Source of the DNA: an uncultured delta proteobacterium
Lineage (GTDB): Bacteria > Myxococcota > Myxococcia > Myxococcales > Anaeromyxobacteraceae
Assembly (NCBI GenBank): GCA_963766715.1
Contig: CAVYBH010000012.1
Coordinates: 672,001 to 736,000, forward strand
Direction of reading: 5' to 3'
Length of the DNA: 64,000 nt
A program made the translations under genes and the position numbers. Shown piece by piece: positions 57,623-64,000 of this stretch. Under the pieces are notes generated by a model that worked only from the letters and a program-made list of their open reading frames with translations, searched no databases and had not been told where the DNA came from. Position 1 is the first letter of the stretch; every line of letters starts with the position of its first letter.

Positions 57623-57638
57623 TGGCATCGGGATTGCT
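57623..57638 (+). promoter_or_regulatory. Sigma54 (-24/-12) promoter
   Basis: TGGCATCGGGATTGCT, GG-N10-GC, upstream of the lipid kinase gene. Confidence 0.7.
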
Positions 57639-57684
57639 CTCTCAGGGCGTGACTCCGATGTCATACCCTTTCACAGGGGACTCG

Positions 57685-58731
57685 ATGCTCCAGACCGCCA
57701 CCTTGCGCCACTTCCCCGAGCAGACCGCCGTCCTCCTGAACGCCAACGCCAAGCAGGTCAGCCCGCGCGTGCGCGAGACCCTTTCCGGTCTCGTCCCGGC
57801 GGACAACCTCTTCTTTTCCCGGGACCGCGACGACGCCCACCGGATCGCCGATGCCGTGATGTCCCGCGGCTTCGACACCGTGTTCACGGGCGGCGGCGAC
57901 GGCACCTTCGTCTCCTGGGTCAATCACATCCTCGACCGGGCCGAGACCCGGGACGCGCCCGCTCCGCGCTTCGGGATCCTGGCGCTCGGCACCGGCAACG
58001 CCGTCGCCGAGATGGTGGGCGCGGGCCGGCCCGTCGACGACCTCCGCCGCCACGTCTCGGGAGAGGTCATGCCGGGCCGCCGGCTCGACCTGGTCACCTG
58101 CGACGGCCGCCGGACGCCCTTCGCCGGCGTGGGCATCGATGCCGCGGTGCTGAACGACTACAACTGGCTGCGGACCCGGCTGGGCGCGAAGGCCGGCCGG
58201 CTGGCCGCCGGGATGCGTGGGTACAGCCTGGCCATCGCGCTCCGCTCCGCCCCGCGCCAGGTCTTCCAGCGCAAGCCGTCCTACTGCGAGATCCTGAACA
58301 CCGGCGGCGCCGCCTGGCGCCTCGACCCGAACGGCGAGCGGATGGGACGCCCCATCGAGCACGGCGAGCTGCTTGTACGCCGGCCCGTGCATGCTGGCCG
58401 CCGGAAGCACGGTCCCCTACTACGGCTTCAAGCTGCGGGCCTTCCCCTTCGCGGGGCGGCGGCACGGGACGCTCCAGGTTCGCGTGGCGACGCGCATCCC
58501 GGTCCCCTCCCTCATCCTCCACGCGCGCCAGATCTTCAGCGGCGAGTTCTCCCACCCCGGCCTGCTCGACTTCGAGGCCGACCGGGTCGAGATGTCCTTC
58601 GATCGGCCCGTCCCGTACCAGGTGGGCGGCGACGCCGAGGGCTACCGGCAGAAGCTCACGCTGGGGATCGCCCCGCGGAGCGTGGAGCTGCTCGACTTCG
58701 CCGCCGGCGCCGCCTCGCGCCCGCGGCCTAG
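57685..58731 (+). CDS. Diacylglycerol/lipid kinase family (DAGKc) protein, frameshift near 58375; 3' end uncertain
   Basis: LLNANA, GGGDGT, LGTGNA, GVGIDA, then YYGFK and YQVGGD in the second frame. Confidence 0.8.
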   Translation: MLQTATLRHFPEQTAVLLNANAKQVSPRVRETLSGLVPADNLFFSRDRDDAHRIADAVMSRGFDTVFTGGGDGTFVSWVNHILDRAETRDAPAPRFGILALGTGNAVAEMVGAGRPVDDLRRHVSGEVMPGRRLDLVTCDGRRTPFAGVGIDAAVLNDYNWLRTRLGAKAGRLAAGMRGYSLAIALRSAPRQVFQRKPSYCEILNTGGAAWRLDPNGERMGRPIEHGELLVRRPVHAGRRKHGPLLRLQAAGLPLRGAAARDAPGSRGDAHPGPLPHPPRAPDLQRRVLPPRPARLRGRPGRDVLRSARPVPGGRRRRGLPAEAHAGDRPAERGAARLRRRRRLAPAA

Positions 58732-58991
58732 AGGAAGTAGACCACCCTCGGGTCGGCCTTCAGCGCCTCGTAGATGGCGCGGCGCTGCTCCTCCGACTCG
58801 AGCCGGGCGTCCAGGGTGACGGAGAGGTACTTCCCGCCGGAGGACGGCCGGACCGTGGCCTCCCCCAGCGCGACGCCCGGCACCGCCTGCCCCATGACGG
58901 TCCGCACGTGCAGCTCGAAGTCGTCGGCGGAGCTCCCGATGACCTTGAAGGGATAGTCGGTCGGGTAGTCGATGAGCGGCGGGCCGTCCAT
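58728..58991 (-). CDS. DUF493 (YbeD-like) protein
   Basis: IDYPTDYPFKVIG, SSGGKYLSVT, IYEAL. Confidence 0.88.
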   Translation of the reverse strand: MDGPPLIDYPTDYPFKVIGSSADDFELHVRTVMGQAVPGVALGEATVRPSSGGKYLSVTLDARLESEEQRRAIYEALKADPRVVYFL

Positions 58992-59007
58992 TCCGTTCCT
59001 CCACGGG

Positions 59008-60333
59008 TCAGAGCAGGTTCGCGGCCAGCTCGGCGAGCGGCGAGCGCTCCCCCTTCGACAGGGTCACGTGCCCGGCCAGCTTCTCCTGCTGGAAGCGGTT
59101 CACCACGTGGACGAGGCCGTTGTTGGTCTGGTCGACGTACGGATTGTCGATCTGGTACGGGTCGCCGGTGAGCACGATCTTCGTGCCGTCGCCCACCCGG
59201 GTGATGATGGTCTTCACCTCGTGGGGCGTGAGGTTCTGCGCCTCGTCGACGATCATGAACTGGTTGGGGATGGAGCGCCCGCGGATGTAGGTCAGGGGCT
59301 CGATCTCCAGGATGCCCAGGTCGACCAGCTCGTGGTACCCGCGCCCGAGCTTCTTCTCGGACCGCGACAGGTTCATCAGGTACTCGACGTTGTCGAAGAT
59401 GGGCTGCATCCAGGGGTTGAGCTTCTCCTCCACCGAGCCGGGCAGGTAGCCGATGTCGCGCCCGAGCGGGAAGATCGGGCGGGAGACGAGGAGCTTCTGG
59501 TAGGCCGACTCCTCCATCGTCTTGTGCAGGCCGGCGGCGATGGCGAGCAGCGTCTTCCCCGTGCCCGCCTTGCCCACGATGGTCACGAGACGGATCTCGT
59601 CGTTCAGGAGCAGGTCGAGGGCGAACGACTGCTCCTTGTTGCGCGGGCGGATGCCCCAGGTCCCCTCCTTGGGGAGCTTGATGAGCGGGACGTACGCCTG
59701 GCGCGGCGCGCTGAACTTGCCCACCGCGCTGTGCTGCGGGTTGTCCCGGTCGCGCAGGACCACGAACTCGTTGGGCGGGGGCGCCGGCAGCCCGGGCGGC
59801 AGCGGAACCACCCCCTGGGCGTAGAACTGGTTCACCGCCTCGGACTCGACCACGACCTCGGCGACGCCGCCCCACATCTCGTCGAGGTCGACCCCCTCGG
59901 CGTCGTAGTCCTCGGTGGTGAGCCCCATCGCGTCGGCGCGGATGCGCAGGTTCGTGTCCTTCGACACGAAGACCGTGGGGAGCTCGCGCTCCCGCTGCGA
60001 CACGTCGAGCGCCACCGCCAGGATGCGGTCGTCGGTGGTGGAGTGGCCGTTGCGCAGCTCCGGGGGGAGCTGCCGGTCGGTGAAGAGGACGCGGATGGTG
60101 CCCTTGCCGGGCCCGATGGGGACGCCCTCCTTCAGCCGTCCCTGCGCGCGGTAGTCGTCGAGGAACCTCGCCACGGCGCGCGCGTTCCGGCCCAGGCTGG
60201 AGAGGTCGCGCTTGAAGTTGTCGATCTCCTCGATCACGTAGATCGGGACGACGACGTTGTTGTCGTCGAAGGAGAAGATCGAGCGCGGGTCGTGAAGCAG
60301 GACGTTGGTGTCGAGGATGAAGTTCTTCTTCAA
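59008..60333 (-). CDS. PIN-PhoH (PhoH2/YlaK-like) protein
   Basis: ILDTNVLLHDP and SKDTNLRI (PIN), GKAGTGKT, YIRGRS, DEAQN, GDPYQID. Confidence 0.92.
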   Translation of the reverse strand: MKKNFILDTNVLLHDPRSIFSFDDNNVVVPIYVIEEIDNFKRDLSSLGRNARAVARFLDDYRAQGRLKEGVPIGPGKGTIRVLFTDRQLPPELRNGHSTTDDRILAVALDVSQRERELPTVFVSKDTNLRIRADAMGLTTEDYDAEGVDLDEMWGGVAEVVVESEAVNQFYAQGVVPLPPGLPAPPPNEFVVLRDRDNPQHSAVGKFSAPRQAYVPLIKLPKEGTWGIRPRNKEQSFALDLLLNDEIRLVTIVGKAGTGKTLLAIAAGLHKTMEESAYQKLLVSRPIFPLGRDIGYLPGSVEEKLNPWMQPIFDNVEYLMNLSRSEKKLGRGYHELVDLGILEIEPLTYIRGRSIPNQFMIVDEAQNLTPHEVKTIITRVGDGTKIVLTGDPYQIDNPYVDQTNNGLVHVVNRFQQEKLAGHVTLSKGERSPLAELAANLL

Positions 60334-60385
60334 GGTCCCACCGCCCCGGGCGGGGGTCGCTGCCTGGCCCCGGGTGGAACCGAGT

Positions 60386-62662
<2,277 letters not shown>

Positions 62663-62666
<4 letters not shown>

Positions 62667-62956
62667 TTCGCGCCTCCGGGCGGTCGAAGCTCGTAGACCC
62701 GCTCTCCCGGCCGGACGTAGCCCAGGTCCTCGCGGGCGGCCCGCTCGAGCGCCCCCGCGTCACCGGCCAGCGCGCGCGCCTCCCGCCGGAGCCTCAGGTT
62801 CTTCTCGCGGAGCTTGTCGTTCTCCTCCGCGACCCGGCGCACGTCGACGGCGAGCGCGCGGTGCTTGCGCAGGCCGGCCGGATGGAGCGCGGAGGCGGCG
62901 AGCAGCACCACGAGGGTGCCGAGGTAGGCAAAGAGCCATGGTTTCGCGAGCTTCAC
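62663..62956 (-). CDS. ftsB: Cell division protein FtsB/DivIC
   Basis: N-terminal TM, coiled coil, LERAAREDLGYVRPGERVY. Confidence 0.88.
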
Positions 62957-63037
62957 GTGCCACGGCCAACCTACCAGGGGCGTCCCAATCGTCCAGAAAT
63001 CGGCCGATACCCGGGCGCCTTGCCCGGGCGGCGCCGG

Positions 63038-63712
63038 TCAGCGCTTCTCGAGCCGCTTCACGAAGATCTCGCCGGCAATCTCGGGGTCGATGGCCACCGT
63101 GGTCTCGCCAATCTCGAGGACGAAGGCCGGCGAGCGCTGGTGGAGCCGGATCTCGCTGCCCGGGACGACGCCCAGGGCCGCCAGGCGATCCATGCGGTCG
63201 TGGAACTTCGGGGCGATGAAGACGATCCGGCCGGTCTCCCCCACCGGGAAGTGCGGCAGGCCGGTCACGAGCGGCCGGACCGTCTTGTGGAAGGCGCCGC
63301 AGCAGTCGCCGGGCGGGATCGACTTCCCGTGCGGGCAGGTCGGCGGGTGGCCGAGGAGCGTGCAGACCGAGTCGGTGGCCTCCGGCGAGAGGATGTGCTC
63401 GAACTCGCAGGCCTGGCTCTCCGCCGCACCGTCCGAGAGGTCGAGCAGGTCGCGGAAGAGCCGCTCGGCGAGCCGGTGGCGCCGGATCACCCCGCGCGCG
63501 CGGGCCTGGCCGGTCTCGGTCAGGGCCACGCGGTCCCCGTCGACGCGGGCGAGCCCCATGTCCTGGAGCTCCCGGAAGTCGCCGGCGCCCGGCGCCGGGG
63601 CGTGGTCGCCGAGCCGCTGCAGGACGTGCGCGACGTCGCTCCGGCCCGACTCACCCTCGGCGAAGATCGCCTCGAGGAGCTCCTCCACCCTTCGCCCGTC
63701 CATGACGTTCAC
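63038..63712 (-). CDS. DtxR/MntR-family metal-dependent regulator with FeoA domain
   Basis: EELLEAI, LTETG, RRHRLAERL, ACEFEH, LGHPPTCPHG, LAALGVVPG. Confidence 0.88.
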   Translation of the reverse strand: MNVMDGRRVEELLEAIFAEGESGRSDVAHVLQRLGDHAPAPGAGDFRELQDMGLARVDGDRVALTETGQARARGVIRRHRLAERLFRDLLDLSDGAAESQACEFEHILSPEATDSVCTLLGHPPTCPHGKSIPPGDCCGAFHKTVRPLVTGLPHFPVGETGRIVFIAPKFHDRMDRLAALGVVPGSEIRLHQRSPAFVLEIGETTVAIDPEIAGEIFVKRLEKR

Positions 63713-63924
63713 CGTGTGTTCTCCCTGCGCCGGTCCAGCCAGCCCTTGAGCCGCCCCGCCCATCCGGTCTCCTGCGGGAACGAGTACCCGCAGGAGGGAC
63801 AGCACACCACCCGGCAGCCCTGGGCCAGCGGGCAGCTGGGGCGGCAGCCCTGGCCCTCGGCGTCGAAGGCCTTCCCGCACAGCGGGCACCGCTCCTCTCG
63901 TGGGACCAGCGCGGGCACGTTCAC
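63709..63924 (-). CDS. Small Cys-rich (8 Cys) feo-associated protein
   Basis: CPLCG...CRPSCPLAQGCRVVCCPSCGYSFP; RBS AGGA; stop overlaps the regulator start. Confidence 0.75.
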   Translation of the reverse strand: MNVPALVPREERCPLCGKAFDAEGQGCRPSCPLAQGCRVVCCPSCGYSFPQETGWAGRLKGWLDRRRENTR

Positions 63925-63926
63925 TC

Positions 63927-64000
63927 CTAGAAGAACCGGCGCATGAGGAGGTTCAGCCCGGCCCCGACGCCGACCGAGAAGGGAAGGACGAAGGCGGCGA
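63927..64000 (-). CDS. C-terminus of a membrane protein, probably FeoB (partial)
   Basis: AAFVLPFSVGVGAGLNLLMRRFF-stop; the FeoB call rests on the neighbouring genes. Confidence 0.5.
   Translation of the reverse strand, partial: AAFVLPFSVGVGAGLNLLMRRFF

Overview
A very GC-rich chromosomal segment from a myxobacterium (Myxococcota, Anaeromyxobacter-like, judged from gene order and protein style). It is mostly core genome: rlmN, ndk, sucCD, mdh, the pyrR-pyrB-pyrC-carA cluster, lepA, class II ribonucleotide reductase nrdJ with tandem NrdR boxes, an imuA-imuB-dnaE2 mutagenesis cassette with a LexA-like box, trxA, a dciA-like gene, rnd, psuG, plsC, the tRNA(Thr,Tyr,Gly,Thr)-[tuf]-rpmG-tRNA(Trp)-secE-nusG-rplKAJL-rpoBC cluster, rlmB, a rimK-like gene, dnaK, a PIN-PhoH gene, ftsB with a dmxA-like diguanylate cyclase, and a probable feoB end with a DtxR-family regulator. 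About 15 genes carry single-base frameshifts, most likely uncorrected read errors. Most unusual observations: (1) a stand-alone SctL/FliH-SctN/FliI-SctO/FliJ ATPase trio with no export-gate, ring or filament genes nearby, located behind rpoC and a sigma factor; (2) that sigma factor lacks most of region 3 in frame; (3) the tufB position holds a 61-codon in-frame EF-Tu remnant made of three EF-Tu segments, starting 5 nt after tRNA-Thr. No CRISPR array, transposase or prophage was seen. All calls come from reading the sequence and recognising motifs; no database searches were run.
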